DNA from: an uncultured virus (IMG/VR IMGVR_UViG_3300025098_000028)
Taxonomy: Duplodnaviria > Heunggongvirae > Uroviricota > Caudoviricetes
Direction: 5' to 3' (one strand)
DNA length: 64,000 nt
IMG/VR virus record: IMGVR_UViG_3300025098_000028
The position numbers and the translations under genes were made by a program. Shown in pieces: positions 21,244 to 31,785 of the stretch; position 1 is the first letter of the stretch; every line of letters begins with the position of its first letter. Below the pieces are notes generated by a model. It was given only the letters and a program-made list of their open reading frames with translations. It was not told the origin of the DNA and searched no databases.

Positions 21244-21843
21244 TCAAAGATTTCCAGTAACTTTAACTCTAACTACGCCACAATCAGTATTTGCTGATAC
21301 TAAAGCACCGCTAGAAGCAACTACAGCCTTAAGTTCAAACTTGTCTACTGCACCATAAGCACCTGCTCTAGATACTACAGGAGTAATTCTGTGAAGAGAA
21401 CTTTCCTGTCCTAAGATTTGAACGGAAGAAATACTTGATAGTCCTAAATCTACAGCATTAATCAATTCACTTGTTGGGGTGATAGTTGCATTTGCTCCGG
21501 TTTCATTTGCTAATAACAGGTCAGTTCCGTCTTTCTTTAGTCTTATCTCTCTATTAGCGGCATTTGCTGAACTCACAGTAATGCTGTCAATAATAGCAGT
21601 AATATCGTTGCTAGAGTTAGCAGAATCTATAATTACTTCTTGCCCTGCAAGTAAAGTTGTTATTCCGCTTGCCGCAGTAACAATAGTATCTGTTAATTTA
21701 GAAACAGTAATACTAATTGTGCCTGTAGCGGCAGGTCTTGCGCCAGTTAAGTCTATAGCCGCAATAACGGAATATTCATCCCCTAGAGCCTTTGGTTTTG
21801 TAAAGCCTTTATGGTCGGCTAAAAGTGTTACAGTATGTGTCAC
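21244..21843 (-). CDS. Putative capsid decoration / minor capsid protein
   Basis: Immediately downstream of the capsid gene; beta-rich. Confidence 0.5.
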   Translation of the reverse strand: MTHTVTLLADHKGFTKPKALGDEYSVIAAIDLTGARPAATGTISITVSKLTDTIVTAASGITTLLAGQEVIIDSANSSNDITAIIDSITVSSANAANREIRLKKDGTDLLLANETGANATITPTSELINAVDLGLSSISSVQILGQESSLHRITPVVSRAGAYGAVDKFELKAVVASSGALVSANTDCGVVRVKVTGNL

Positions 21844-21853
21844 TTAAATCGCC

Positions 21854-23191
21854 TCACAGAAGGTTTGTAATCTTTCCTTGACCCTTGAAGTATGAACAAG
21901 CCATTTCACCAATTGTTCGGTATAGAGCCTTGTTTCCAAGGTTGCCAACACCGAATGGGTTTCCGTTACTAATACCATCTTCAAAGTATTGAGTTGGCTT
22001 CATCACTGATAGCCATAGATGGTCAGTATCTAGAACAAGCATGTCACCGATTAGAGAACTGTTTAGACCAGTAGAAGGCATAGCCGCTACAGGAATCAAT
22101 GGGATATCGTAGTATGTAGAAACTCTAAATCCTACTTCTGCACCCTTAACGCCTCTAACACCATTTACAGTTGGAACAATCTCTTTTCTGTCCATAAATC
22201 TCTCTTGTGCTTGTAGCAAATCACTTAGAGTTTGTAGAGTATCATATCCAGTTAGGATAACCTTTGGAGAACCTCCGGCTACTCTAATATCTCTTAGTAG
22301 AGAATTTAGAACTGTTAGAGTTAGTTGTCTTGCTTCACCGGAAGTATAACCTGCACCAAATGAAACTTGAGCATCTAGGAATGAATCACTTGCTCTTGAC
22401 TTTCCATATAGTTTGTTAATGTCATCAGTTCGTGTAGCAACTACACTTGAAGCCTCCATTTCTGTCAATTCAGCATTACTAGAAACAATTTTCAATAGAG
22501 AAGTATAGTTTCTTTCCATTACATCTGCTGAACCGGAGTTGGCAGTAACATCTTGATAATGCTCAAGTGGCATTACTAGCATAGCGTTTTGAACTTCCGA
22601 ATGGTGCTTACCCATGTCTTCTCTCAATTGCGCTCTAATGTCACCAATTCCGTCATCAATTGCCGCCATTTCCATAGCAAGTTCACTGAACTCAAATTGA
22701 TGAGCAATAATTTTAGGGCTAGTATTTAGCAAATCATATTCAGGAGCAATTGACATTAAACCATCTGCTTGACTATCTAGACTTGCATTTTCCGGAACAC
22801 CACCAATTCGGTCTGCTCTTAGAGTATCTGCACCATATAGTGAATCTGCTAGTGTAGCATTTCCGGTAATTGATAGGAAGTTTCCGCTTCCACCACCGGC
22901 TCTCTTTGCCAAAACTCTCCAACCACTTGATGTATATGGCCTCTTTGAAATAACTGAAAGTGCATTACATTCCCTGTTTAGCATTGACCAAACTTTTTGC
23001 CCATACATAATATTGTATAGATTTGCATTTATTCCGCTTGGTGCGGAAGTTGCATGTCCGTGGTTATATGCGGTATGAATACCACTAATGCCACCTTGAG
23101 CCTTTAATAGTTCATTTCCGATTGAACCCATTGTGTTTAGTCCGTATGTGCTTGCTTCTAAATCTGCTATTGTGTTAATATATCCTGTCAT
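21854..23191 (-). CDS. Major capsid protein (HK97 fold)
   Basis: Follows protease/scaffold; HK97-like pattern (PKIIAHQFEFSELA, spine helix LREDMGKHH, PKVILTG, YYDIPLIP, LDTDHLW). Confidence 0.9.
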   Translation of the reverse strand: MTGYINTIADLEASTYGLNTMGSIGNELLKAQGGISGIHTAYNHGHATSAPSGINANLYNIMYGQKVWSMLNRECNALSVISKRPYTSSGWRVLAKRAGGGSGNFLSITGNATLADSLYGADTLRADRIGGVPENASLDSQADGLMSIAPEYDLLNTSPKIIAHQFEFSELAMEMAAIDDGIGDIRAQLREDMGKHHSEVQNAMLVMPLEHYQDVTANSGSADVMERNYTSLLKIVSSNAELTEMEASSVVATRTDDINKLYGKSRASDSFLDAQVSFGAGYTSGEARQLTLTVLNSLLRDIRVAGGSPKVILTGYDTLQTLSDLLQAQERFMDRKEIVPTVNGVRGVKGAEVGFRVSTYYDIPLIPVAAMPSTGLNSSLIGDMLVLDTDHLWLSVMKPTQYFEDGISNGNPFGVGNLGNKALYRTIGEMACSYFKGQGKITNLL

Positions 23192-23202
23192 AGTAAATCA
23201 CC

Positions 23203-24444
23203 TCAAATGAGTCCTCCGGCCATTTTATGAATGTCCGACCAATCCATTTCAGCCAGTTCTTCCATACTTGGGAGTTTAATTTGTGCTTCTTCTTGTGCCT
23301 TTAGTATTGTTTCTTTTTCTGTTGTCAAAGACTTTCTTAGGGAAACAAATTCATCTTTTAGGGAAGCAATTTCTGCTTGAGCATCATAGTTTGCCTTTTC
23401 TATTACTGTTTCTCTATTTGCTGTTTCTCTAGCAAATCTTTGTGCAAAAGACTTTTCTAGATTGCTGTAAGCCAACTTTTCTAGTTGTTCTTGTCGGAAA
23501 GCCTCATATGCTTTCTCAATGTTTCCAACAGTCAAATCAAGTGTTTCTAGTTCAGTATTGCTAAATGCTTTAACAACTGGTAAATCACTTGCTTTTGGCT
23601 TTCCATTGTCAATAACAATTCTATCTGCGGGTTCGCCAATTTCTACACCTGCTCCATCAAGAGTGGATAAAAGGGCTTTTCTTTCTTCCATGAGTTTCTC
23701 ATAGTCTCCCTTTTCTTGGTCTAGAGGCATGGCAGATTCTTTATCATCGTCTTCCATTTTCTCGCCCATCATTTTTTCGTTCATCTTTTCATCCGTCTCA
23801 TCCATCTTTTCACCATCTGCCATTTCTTCCTTACGGAGAGAATTGACTTCTGCCATCAAAGCGTCTAATTCTTCCAATGCTTTCTCTATTCGTGTCATAC
23901 TTTTCACCTTTGTTTTTGTTTTTGTTTTTTTGTCTTGTTTTAAAATATCAAATCGTGCTTCTGGATTTATTCCCTTTTCACAAATTGTTACCTCATGTAA
24001 TTCTAATTTACTTATTTCGTTGTAGTCGCCTAGTTCTTTGTGACTCTTTTTCACTTTTTCTAAAGCCTGTCCTCCAATACTAAATGACCTCAACGAACCT
24101 TTCCTTATGCCTCTATTAATTTCTTTGGCTTTTTCTATATCATCTCTTAACTTAATTACTACAAAGAACCCAACATCGTCCACTTCTGTTTTCCATAATC
24201 TCCCTGTTGTATCTCTATATGATTCTACTACTTCTCCCACTTGAACATTTGAATGATTTGTCATTACATTTCTAAACTTGGGATTCTCCATATATTTTTT
24301 TACTGCCTCATTAAGTGCTTTGAGTGTGATTAAATCATTTTGCTTATCAACGATTTCTATGCTTGCATATCCTCCAATCATTAAATCGTTGCTTTTGAGA
24401 ATCCTAAAGTCTGTTGTTTTGTTTGCCAATACCGCAGACGACAT
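23203..24444 (-). CDS. HK97-family prohead protease fused to scaffolding domain
   Basis: IGGYAS..VDKQND, NHSN..VG (catalytic His), SFSIGG (catalytic Ser), LHEVTICEKGINPEA; acidic coiled C-terminal half. Start placed at MSSAVL. Confidence 0.9.
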   Translation of the reverse strand: MSSAVLANKTTDFRILKSNDLMIGGYASIEIVDKQNDLITLKALNEAVKKYMENPKFRNVMTNHSNVQVGEVVESYRDTTGRLWKTEVDDVGFFVVIKLRDDIEKAKEINRGIRKGSLRSFSIGGQALEKVKKSHKELGDYNEISKLELHEVTICEKGINPEARFDILKQDKKTKTKTKVKSMTRIEKALEELDALMAEVNSLRKEEMADGEKMDETDEKMNEKMMGEKMEDDDKESAMPLDQEKGDYEKLMEERKALLSTLDGAGVEIGEPADRIVIDNGKPKASDLPVVKAFSNTELETLDLTVGNIEKAYEAFRQEQLEKLAYSNLEKSFAQRFARETANRETVIEKANYDAQAEIASLKDEFVSLRKSLTTEKETILKAQEEAQIKLPSMEELAEMDWSDIHKMAGGLI

Positions 24445-24473
24445 TCCTCTCAAAAACTAATTAATAGAACGAC

Positions 24474-24481
24474 TATATAAA
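24474..24481 (-). promoter_or_regulatory. Archaeal TATA box (TTTATATA) for the protease-capsid operon
   Basis: TTTATATA on the minus strand ~30 nt upstream of the protease ATG. Confidence 0.6.
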
Positions 24482-24496
24482 GAACACACTGTTTTT

Positions 24497-27439
24497 TTAT
24501 TCAGGCAAGGGTGTTTTAGCAAATTTATCTTCATAAATATTCCAAATACCTTCATCACCTTCAGTATCAGCAGGTTCTTGTTTATATCCAGTCCAAGCCA
24601 ACCACATCTTTTTCTCTTGAACAGGTAAATAACGAATATGTAGTTTAGTTTCGAATTTGTTTCCTTTTAAGAAATATTCATGATATCCGTCTCTTTGGAC
24701 TCCTAACTCAATATCTCCCGAATCAATTACCTTTCCTTGTTCTAAACTTTTAGAAACTTCAGCAGGATATTTTCCTGCCGCACCGAACAAATCAAACAAC
24801 TCTTCTTCATTATCTAGTTGAATAGTCCAAAACATAGACTCATTTTCTACTAATATTCCAAAAGAAACATTACCATCTTCTCTATCGTATATTTTGAATT
24901 TACCTGTTCTATATTCTTTAGGAGTTTTATAGGCTTTTAACATAGCATACTTGTCTGTAAAATCTGAACCGAAACCCATTTTACATCTATCATATTCTTC
25001 TAACATTTCTCTTGCCTTTGGTATAGATTCAATTTGCCTTACTAATTCTTCACATTCAGTATTGGCTACTGTTATTTCTGCTAACTGCCTTAACTCTTCT
25101 ACAGTTGTAAGAGTGACTCCATTTAGTCGCTCATAATCATCAATAACCTGTCTAGCGGAAGGGTCATCCCTAAGATTTGTTCCTTTTAATGAATCTAAAC
25201 CTTCATTGACTCCTTGTAGATATTTTTGTTTTAAATCATTACAACATTTATCTTCATCAGTAGAATCATAAGACATAGATACCATAGGTGTTTCCTTTTG
25301 TCTTTCAATAGTTATTGGAACATTACGCATTGGTTTTCCACCTTTATTTGCTAATTCCATTAATGCCCCCATGACAGATTTAGCGATAGTATCTTCCTGT
25401 AGAACTTTGCTAGGGTCTACTAGGAATTTATTTCCCTCTTTTTCTAATCCGTCTCTTTGGGGAACAAAATCAGCAAGGTTCGTTTCTTTTCCTTGTAAAG
25501 TATCTTCATAAATAGCAGGATGTTTTTGATTTAGAAACTCATGAGTTTCTTTTATGGTTCTAGGTTTTGGTTTTAGATAATGATATAAAATTAATGCCAA
25601 ATCATTATTTTTACTTTTCATAACTTCTTCTGCTTGATTCTTCCACATATCTAAATCAGCCAAAGCATTCTTAGACATCAAATTATTCTCTTCAAAACCA
25701 TATAATACAAAGCCACTAGTGTCGTATTTTGCTATAATAGTTGTCTCACCGTGAATATAGTCTGTAACTTTAATTCCCTTTTCTAAAGCGACAACATCAT
25801 AGTTAAGTGATTTCTTAGTATCTTGAGAAAGTATCTCTAGAGTAATTGGTTTATCCGGATATTCTACTTCGGGAACTTCTATTACTTTGGCAGAAAACAA
25901 ACTATAACTTTCTCCCTTTTTCTTGACTTCATCTACCTTTACTCTAATGATATCGCCAACATCAACATTAATTTTAGTATTGAGTGCTTTACCTACATTC
26001 ATATAATTTTGACCTTTTATTTCTACTAATCCTTCGATATCCTGTAAAACCGGCCCCACTCCTACAGAATATGAAAATAAATTACTTTTGGTTTTATTTT
26101 TATCTAAAACTATAACATCCAAGTCTACAAAGTTTTTCCATTTTATCCATTTAGGATTCTTTTTAGTTCCAATATAATATGTTGAAGTAGCGTCTTTTAT
26201 TACAACTCCTTCTGCTGTTGGTATTTCCATCATTTCTTTAGAATATTTTTCTAAGTCTTCTAAGTTATCTGCCTGTCTAGTATCTTTCTTAGAAGGATAA
26301 GCAATCGCTTCGCCACTTTTAGCAGAATAATTATTGAAAAGAATGGTCATTCTATTAGATAATTCTTCTTCGGCCAAAGTCTGTGATTCGTGCCTCATAA
26401 TATCAAAAACATGACATCTTAATTTAGCATCTTTATATTTATTTTTGAATACATGGGCGATAGTATCTGCCCTGTGTAATGCTTCATTACCATCAAATAA
26501 TATTAGTTCCCCATCTAGAATACAATCCCCATATTCTTTCTTATTTAATTCTTGGACTTGAGCAGAACATTTATCTGTGATATTTTTCTCATTGTAAGAA
26601 TAAATAGTAACCTTGCCATCTAACTTATGCAATTGTATTCTCATACCATCGTATTTTTCTTGAACAAACCAATCGCCACTAAATCCCTTTAGTTGCTCAA
26701 TGTCTTCTATTTCAAAAATCCTATACATTGGTTTGTTAGGTACAATAAAGTGTGAGAGGGATTTTTCTTCTTTTTCTCCGTCTTCGTTCTTTTCAATCTC
26801 TACTAACTCTTCCCAATCTTCTTCATCATTCCTAGAAAAGAAAATCGTTTCTAAAATATCCATAGCGGCCTTTACCTTTCCTTCGACTTCCCTAGAATCC
26901 TTGCCGTCTCCATAGTGTTCGATAATATACAGCCCTATGTCGTCTGCCTCTAGGTCAAGTCCATCAAGACCCTCCGTTATTGTGTCACTTTGCATGTCTT
27001 TTATTGCTAATACATCCTTTGAAAGTGCTTTATTATCGTTTCTTAGTGCATAATGCACAAATTTAACCATAGTCTCCGGATTACTCAATAATTCTTCAAG
27101 AACATTACCTTTGAACATATCAGCAAATGGGTCAATTACAATTTTAGAAGTATATCTTAAAAGTTTAATATCTTCAAAGAGTTTCTGTGCCTTTAGACTT
27201 TCAGGATTCTTTGTGTCTTTATCTTTTAAATCTTCTTCTTCAATAAATCTCTTAAGTTCTTTTCCTACTGCATTTAATTTTTCATATGATTCTATAATCA
27301 TATCTACAGCATTTTGCCATCTACTTCTGTATTCTTTTGGGTCTTCTTTTGCTGATAAATAGGCGACTCTAGATTTTTCAAACAATCTAAGTATTTCTAC
27401 CGAAGGTTGTTTGTCCTTCTCGATAGAGTCTAGTTTCAA
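24497..27439 (-). CDS. lig: ATP-dependent DNA ligase, multidomain (980 aa)
   Basis: Motif I QEKYDGMR, III ILDGEL, IIIa VFDIM, IV EGVVIKD, V WIKWK, then an OB-fold; long N- and C-terminal extensions. Confidence 0.9.
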   Translation of the reverse strand: MKLDSIEKDKQPSVEILRLFEKSRVAYLSAKEDPKEYRSRWQNAVDMIIESYEKLNAVGKELKRFIEEEDLKDKDTKNPESLKAQKLFEDIKLLRYTSKIVIDPFADMFKGNVLEELLSNPETMVKFVHYALRNDNKALSKDVLAIKDMQSDTITEGLDGLDLEADDIGLYIIEHYGDGKDSREVEGKVKAAMDILETIFFSRNDEEDWEELVEIEKNEDGEKEEKSLSHFIVPNKPMYRIFEIEDIEQLKGFSGDWFVQEKYDGMRIQLHKLDGKVTIYSYNEKNITDKCSAQVQELNKKEYGDCILDGELILFDGNEALHRADTIAHVFKNKYKDAKLRCHVFDIMRHESQTLAEEELSNRMTILFNNYSAKSGEAIAYPSKKDTRQADNLEDLEKYSKEMMEIPTAEGVVIKDATSTYYIGTKKNPKWIKWKNFVDLDVIVLDKNKTKSNLFSYSVGVGPVLQDIEGLVEIKGQNYMNVGKALNTKINVDVGDIIRVKVDEVKKKGESYSLFSAKVIEVPEVEYPDKPITLEILSQDTKKSLNYDVVALEKGIKVTDYIHGETTIIAKYDTSGFVLYGFEENNLMSKNALADLDMWKNQAEEVMKSKNNDLALILYHYLKPKPRTIKETHEFLNQKHPAIYEDTLQGKETNLADFVPQRDGLEKEGNKFLVDPSKVLQEDTIAKSVMGALMELANKGGKPMRNVPITIERQKETPMVSMSYDSTDEDKCCNDLKQKYLQGVNEGLDSLKGTNLRDDPSARQVIDDYERLNGVTLTTVEELRQLAEITVANTECEELVRQIESIPKAREMLEEYDRCKMGFGSDFTDKYAMLKAYKTPKEYRTGKFKIYDREDGNVSFGILVENESMFWTIQLDNEEELFDLFGAAGKYPAEVSKSLEQGKVIDSGDIELGVQRDGYHEYFLKGNKFETKLHIRYLPVQEKKMWLAWTGYKQEPADTEGDEGIWNIYEDKFAKTPLPE

Positions 27440-27461
27440 AATGACTCCCTGCCTAAAATAA

Positions 27462-27725
27462 TTAGTCGTCTAATTTACTTTTTTTTAAACTGTCACCCGC
27501 AGTAGCATGACTACCTAAACCAAATCCGGAGTGTGTTCCTTGTGGTTTCATTTCTAGATTTACATTTTCTGCTTTTGGCCTTTTTACTTTTACTGCCTCG
27601 GATTCATCTTCTAACTCGCTTCTATTATTATCCATTAAAGATTGGTATAATATCTCTTTAGCGTTTCTAGCCTTTTCTATAGCCATGCTTATTTTTCTTT
27701 CTTCTGCTGTCACTCTTTCGGGCAT
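27462..27725 (-). CDS. Hypothetical small head-region protein
   Basis: Coupled ORF. Confidence 0.55.
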   Translation of the reverse strand: MPERVTAEERKISMAIEKARNAKEILYQSLMDNNRSELEDESEAVKVKRPKAENVNLEMKPQGTHSGFGLGSHATAGDSLKKSKLDD

Positions 27726-27973
27726 TATTGTCCACCTGCCTTTTCTACCATTTTGTGAATATCACTCCAATCCATATTAGAAATATTTTCCATAGAATTT
27801 TCTCCTCCTATGGTGCTTGTCATAACAGGAGTTGGACTATCAGTAACAACATATCCTGCCTTCATAAGTAGGCTATCTTTAGCATAAATTGTCTTTTCGA
27901 GTGCCTCTACCTTTGCTGTTAGGGCTTTTACAATTTCAAGCATTTCTTCATTTATTGTTCGTTCTTCGGTCAT
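27725..27973 (-). CDS. Small scaffold-like protein sharing the MDWSDIHKM peptide with the protease/scaffold
   Basis: N-terminal coiled coil; C-terminal 9-mer identical to the scaffold end. Confidence 0.65.
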   Translation of the reverse strand: MTEERTINEEMLEIVKALTAKVEALEKTIYAKDSLLMKAGYVVTDSPTPVMTSTIGGENSMENISNMDWSDIHKMVEKAGGQ

Positions 27974-28344
27974 TCTATCTTCTCCCGTTCTTTTTTACCA
28001 CTAGGATATACTAAGTCTCGTAACTGACGATACAATAATTCGTACTCCTTACGAAGTTTGGTAGCCGTGGCTACAATATCAATGTTCCGTTCATCCATAG
28101 ATTTCATTTTTTTATTAAGTTTCTTATCGGATTTCATTAAATCTAATTCTTTTAGAGAAGAAATTAAATCCCCCAACTTAGTAAAGTCTTGACCAAAAAA
28201 TTCTGTTGGTTCAGCCGCCTGTAATGTTTTCTTTAGTCTTTTTTTACCCTTAACATCCAAAGAGTCTAATATCTTTTTTGGGCTTTTTGTTTTCTCTTCT
28301 TTGAATATTATCTCTCTTCCATCATCATAATAATCCCATGTCAT
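27970..28344 (-). CDS. Hypothetical helical protein
   Basis: GAGTGA SD before MTWDYY. Confidence 0.6.
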   Translation of the reverse strand: MTWDYYDDGREIIFKEEKTKSPKKILDSLDVKGKKRLKKTLQAAEPTEFFGQDFTKLGDLISSLKELDLMKSDKKLNKKMKSMDERNIDIVATATKLRKEYELLYRQLRDLVYPSGKKEREKIE

Positions 28345-28349
28345 ATTTA

Positions 28350-29879
28350 TCACTCCAACATTCCGTCTACAATATTTAATTTTTGCTCTAATTCTTTTAC
28401 CCTGCCAAAAAATCTAATGGCTAATGAAGATATTTCTGAAGTCTTATCCATACTAATGGAACCGAATCCCGAAGAAAGTTCAATAGTTTCGCTTTCTATG
28501 TAGTCTTTTAATCCGGTTTTAAATTTATCCTCTATTTCATCAAATTGTTTAAGCAATTCTTTTAAATCATTTACTGTTCTTATTCCTGTTAAAAGAACTT
28601 TACTTATTTGTCTTTTCACATCTTTAGACACAGCAATTTCCGGTGCTAATTTTGCGGCTACCTTTTGTAGTCTTTCTAGTGAAGGTTTCGCTTCTGCTAC
28701 AAAATTAGCCTTATCAATAAGTTCATTTAATTTAGACTCCTCTTCCTCTATTTTTTCAGAAAAATCTAATTTTGCTTGCTGAATATACTTATCTTTATTT
28801 TCAGTTATATCTTTAACTTTAGCCATTAACGATTGTAATTTAACATCCTTATCTCCCTTTACTTTTTTTCTCTCAGTATTAATCAATTCATTAATACCTT
28901 GCCGAAGCCTTCTTACTTTGTTTGCTATTATTTTATCTTCGTCATTTTCCATCTCTTTTAATTCAGCAAGGCGGTCTTTTAACAGATTTTTTTCTGTTTC
29001 TATTTTTGCTAAATCTCTCATAGCCTTTCTAAATTTAGGCATATACCTTCTTTTTATTGATTCTACATCCCCTAATTTTCCTTGTAGAGCGTCCATGCCT
29101 ACCATTAATTCATCCTTTCGTCTAGGTCTGTTTATGACACTAAGTGGTTCATATCCTTCAACGCTAGAAAAACAATATAGAAGAACATCTACACCAGTAA
29201 AGGTAGTTCCATCTACATTAAATTCCTTTAACGCTAAAGTCCTAGCCCTTTTCTCTAATTCACTAATATCGAAAAAGTCATCCTTTCCGTCACCGTAAAA
29301 TAATTTTCCTCTTTGAAGTATATCCTTGAATTTTTTTGATAAGAGTGTAGGTTGCCCCTTTAACGCTTTCAATTTGTTAATTATCTGTTCTGCTTTTTTT
29401 GGATTTGTTCCGAACCTTCGGTATATTTTTCTCCATCCAGTTCCTTCTATCTCTAAATTACCATCTTTCAGTTTTAAAGTAACACTATCCAATAGTTCTT
29501 CCACATCGTCAAGGGAATCAAATAAAACAGATATTTCTTTTACAGCAAATTTTATCTTTCTTTCTCCAATAAGCCTGTCTCTTTCTACACCGCTTTCGAT
29601 ATTTTTATCTGCTGATAGCCTCCCTTCACGCTGTAATTCTGTTTTTGGAGCAACATAATCCTCTTCCTCGCTAGCCCTAGCCGAACCTGCTTCATCTTTG
29701 GCCTTTTGAATGTATTTTCTATATTCTATCATATTGTTTGAATTAATATTTTTTTCAAGTGATTTTTTAATCTCACTAGCCGAAGCCTGTTGTTCTACTA
29801 GTTTGCTAGTCTCGTCATCTAACTCTACTTTGCTCAAAACATATAGTAAAGATTTATTTTTAGACAACTGTAAAAACAT
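28350..29879 (-). CDS. Coiled-coil protein, possibly internal to the virion
   Basis: K/E-rich heptads; located in the head module. Confidence 0.55.
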   Translation of the reverse strand: MFLQLSKNKSLLYVLSKVELDDETSKLVEQQASASEIKKSLEKNINSNNMIEYRKYIQKAKDEAGSARASEEEDYVAPKTELQREGRLSADKNIESGVERDRLIGERKIKFAVKEISVLFDSLDDVEELLDSVTLKLKDGNLEIEGTGWRKIYRRFGTNPKKAEQIINKLKALKGQPTLLSKKFKDILQRGKLFYGDGKDDFFDISELEKRARTLALKEFNVDGTTFTGVDVLLYCFSSVEGYEPLSVINRPRRKDELMVGMDALQGKLGDVESIKRRYMPKFRKAMRDLAKIETEKNLLKDRLAELKEMENDEDKIIANKVRRLRQGINELINTERKKVKGDKDVKLQSLMAKVKDITENKDKYIQQAKLDFSEKIEEEESKLNELIDKANFVAEAKPSLERLQKVAAKLAPEIAVSKDVKRQISKVLLTGIRTVNDLKELLKQFDEIEDKFKTGLKDYIESETIELSSGFGSISMDKTSEISSLAIRFFGRVKELEQKLNIVDGMLE

Positions 29880-29888
29880 AGTATCGCC

Positions 29889-30113
29889 TCAAAATGGAAT
29901 ATTCTCTCTTCGGTTCTTTCGTTTTGGCGGTAATGTAATTACATCCGGAACATCTGCTGAATGTAGTTTCTTTTTTACCGTTGTATCAGCAGGTACTCCT
30001 ACTGTAAAATCCCTACTTGGTTTTAGTTTAGCGTTCTTATTAGCATTTAATGCTCTTACTTGTGCTAATTCTTTCTTTAGTCTAATTTCTTTTTGCCTAC
30101 TATCTTCTGTCAT
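29889..30113 (-). CDS. Small basic hypothetical protein
   Basis: Start probably MTEDSRQ right after the portal stop. Confidence 0.5.
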   Translation of the reverse strand: MTEDSRQKEIRLKKELAQVRALNANKNAKLKPSRDFTVGVPADTTVKKKLHSADVPDVITLPPKRKNRRENIPF

Positions 30114-30114
30114 A

Positions 30115-31749
30115 TTAACCAACTCTTCTTTCTGTTCTTTTGTCATTGTTTTGATTTCCTGCATCTACTGGTAATCCTGTTAATCTTTTATCGGGGCCTC
30201 TATTCATAGAAGGTTTATTCCTTGTTGTTGGTGGGTTCTCTTGTGGCTTACTTAACTGTTGCTCTTGCATTTGCCCCATTTGAGAAGCATCTATGTTAGT
30301 TCCTGCATATGGGTCTACTTCAAATGCACCATCTTCTTTTTGTTCTCCTCCTTCCGGTTCTTTAGGTTCCGGTTTAGAAAAAGTAAAGTTTCCATCTTCA
30401 TCCATATCAACTTCAAATCCTAAATTCTTTATCGAACCTGCTACATTCACTTCTAATTCTCTCTTTCTTATTACTGCTATTTCATCTTCTTCTTCGCTTG
30501 GTGGTAGTTTTAAATTCCAATCAGTAATTCCGAATTGCTTTACAAGGAATGGGAAGACATAGTTATTATAGACAGTTTGTGCTTTTTGGACTGCTCTATT
30601 CGTTACAAGAATCTGCATGCCTTCATTGTTTAATCCGCCACTTGTGGTATTATCAGCCATGAAGACTTTACTGACTCCGTAGAACGCTGATATTCTGTCT
30701 CTCAAATCATCCTTAACAGAAACATAGTCCATTTCTTTTAGGCTGTCCATGAATTTAATCCACTCAACAGCCCCTTTCCCGCTTTCTGATTCTATACCCA
30801 TAACAGGAATAAAGTGAGGGTCTGTTTCCATTTTTTCTTTTACTGACCTCCAAAAAGAACGCATTGAATCCATGTTTCTAGTTTGAACAGCCAATAAACC
30901 TCTTGGCATACGGCTCTTAGTATAAGATGAATTGACATAATTTTCCATAGCAATCAATGTCATAATATTATTAAATAGAGTTACAATAGGCGACATTCCA
31001 TACAATCTAGAAGGACTATACTTGCTAAAATGCAAAACCTCTCCTTTCAAGAAATGTTGGTCTTTGCCATTTGCCCTATTCACATAATGAACGGGGAACA
31101 TATTTCCTCCACATTGGTCGCAAATTTCATGAGCGTCGGTAGTTATTTTATCTCTATGATTGACACAAGTAAAACCCTTAGTTCCCCTTTGCCCCAATTC
31201 ATCAGCATAAATAAACATAGTAACAGGGTCGCCACGATAAACTTCTTTTATCCTGTGCATTCTTATTTTACCATTACCATCAATAAAATATTCTTTTACT
31301 AGAACGATATAGGCATCATCCATTATATTCAAATCATCTTCTAGTTCTTGTAAAACATCAATAAATAACTGCTCGGATTTATTTACATATCCTTCGATAA
31401 ACTTTTCAGCGTACTCTAATTGTTTTATATCCGGCTTTTTTAAATCAGTAGAATTGCACCTTAGACACTCATTAACTGGCCTACTGTGTTCTTTTCCGCA
31501 GTTATTACATCTTGCTTCGTATGCCTTTTCCCAAACATATCCTCTTCGAAAAACCTCTTGTTTTAATTGAGTGATACAGGTTCTCGCTATTACAGACTGA
31601 TTAACCAAATTGTAAATAATCGGGCCGGTAATCATGTGATGTTGCTGTCTTTCTTGTATTCCCATATTATATACGGTTCTATCAGCAGGTTTGGGAGTCT
31701 GTCTTCTAAATAGATTAGTTAGTTTAAATCTTCTTTTTTCCTCTACCAT
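30115..31749 (-). CDS. Portal protein with Zn-ribbon insertions
   Basis: GEVLHF..YGMSP, PRGLL, DLRDRISAFYGV portal motifs; CNNC..CLRC and CVNH..CDQC inserts. Confidence 0.88.
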   Translation of the reverse strand: MVEEKRRFKLTNLFRRQTPKPADRTVYNMGIQERQQHHMITGPIIYNLVNQSVIARTCITQLKQEVFRRGYVWEKAYEARCNNCGKEHSRPVNECLRCNSTDLKKPDIKQLEYAEKFIEGYVNKSEQLFIDVLQELEDDLNIMDDAYIVLVKEYFIDGNGKIRMHRIKEVYRGDPVTMFIYADELGQRGTKGFTCVNHRDKITTDAHEICDQCGGNMFPVHYVNRANGKDQHFLKGEVLHFSKYSPSRLYGMSPIVTLFNNIMTLIAMENYVNSSYTKSRMPRGLLAVQTRNMDSMRSFWRSVKEKMETDPHFIPVMGIESESGKGAVEWIKFMDSLKEMDYVSVKDDLRDRISAFYGVSKVFMADNTTSGGLNNEGMQILVTNRAVQKAQTVYNNYVFPFLVKQFGITDWNLKLPPSEEEDEIAVIRKRELEVNVAGSIKNLGFEVDMDEDGNFTFSKPEPKEPEGGEQKEDGAFEVDPYAGTNIDASQMGQMQEQQLSKPQENPPTTRNKPSMNRGPDKRLTGLPVDAGNQNNDKRTERRVG

Positions 31750-31785
31750 AGACTACACCCCTAAAATTTCCACAAAACACATCGG

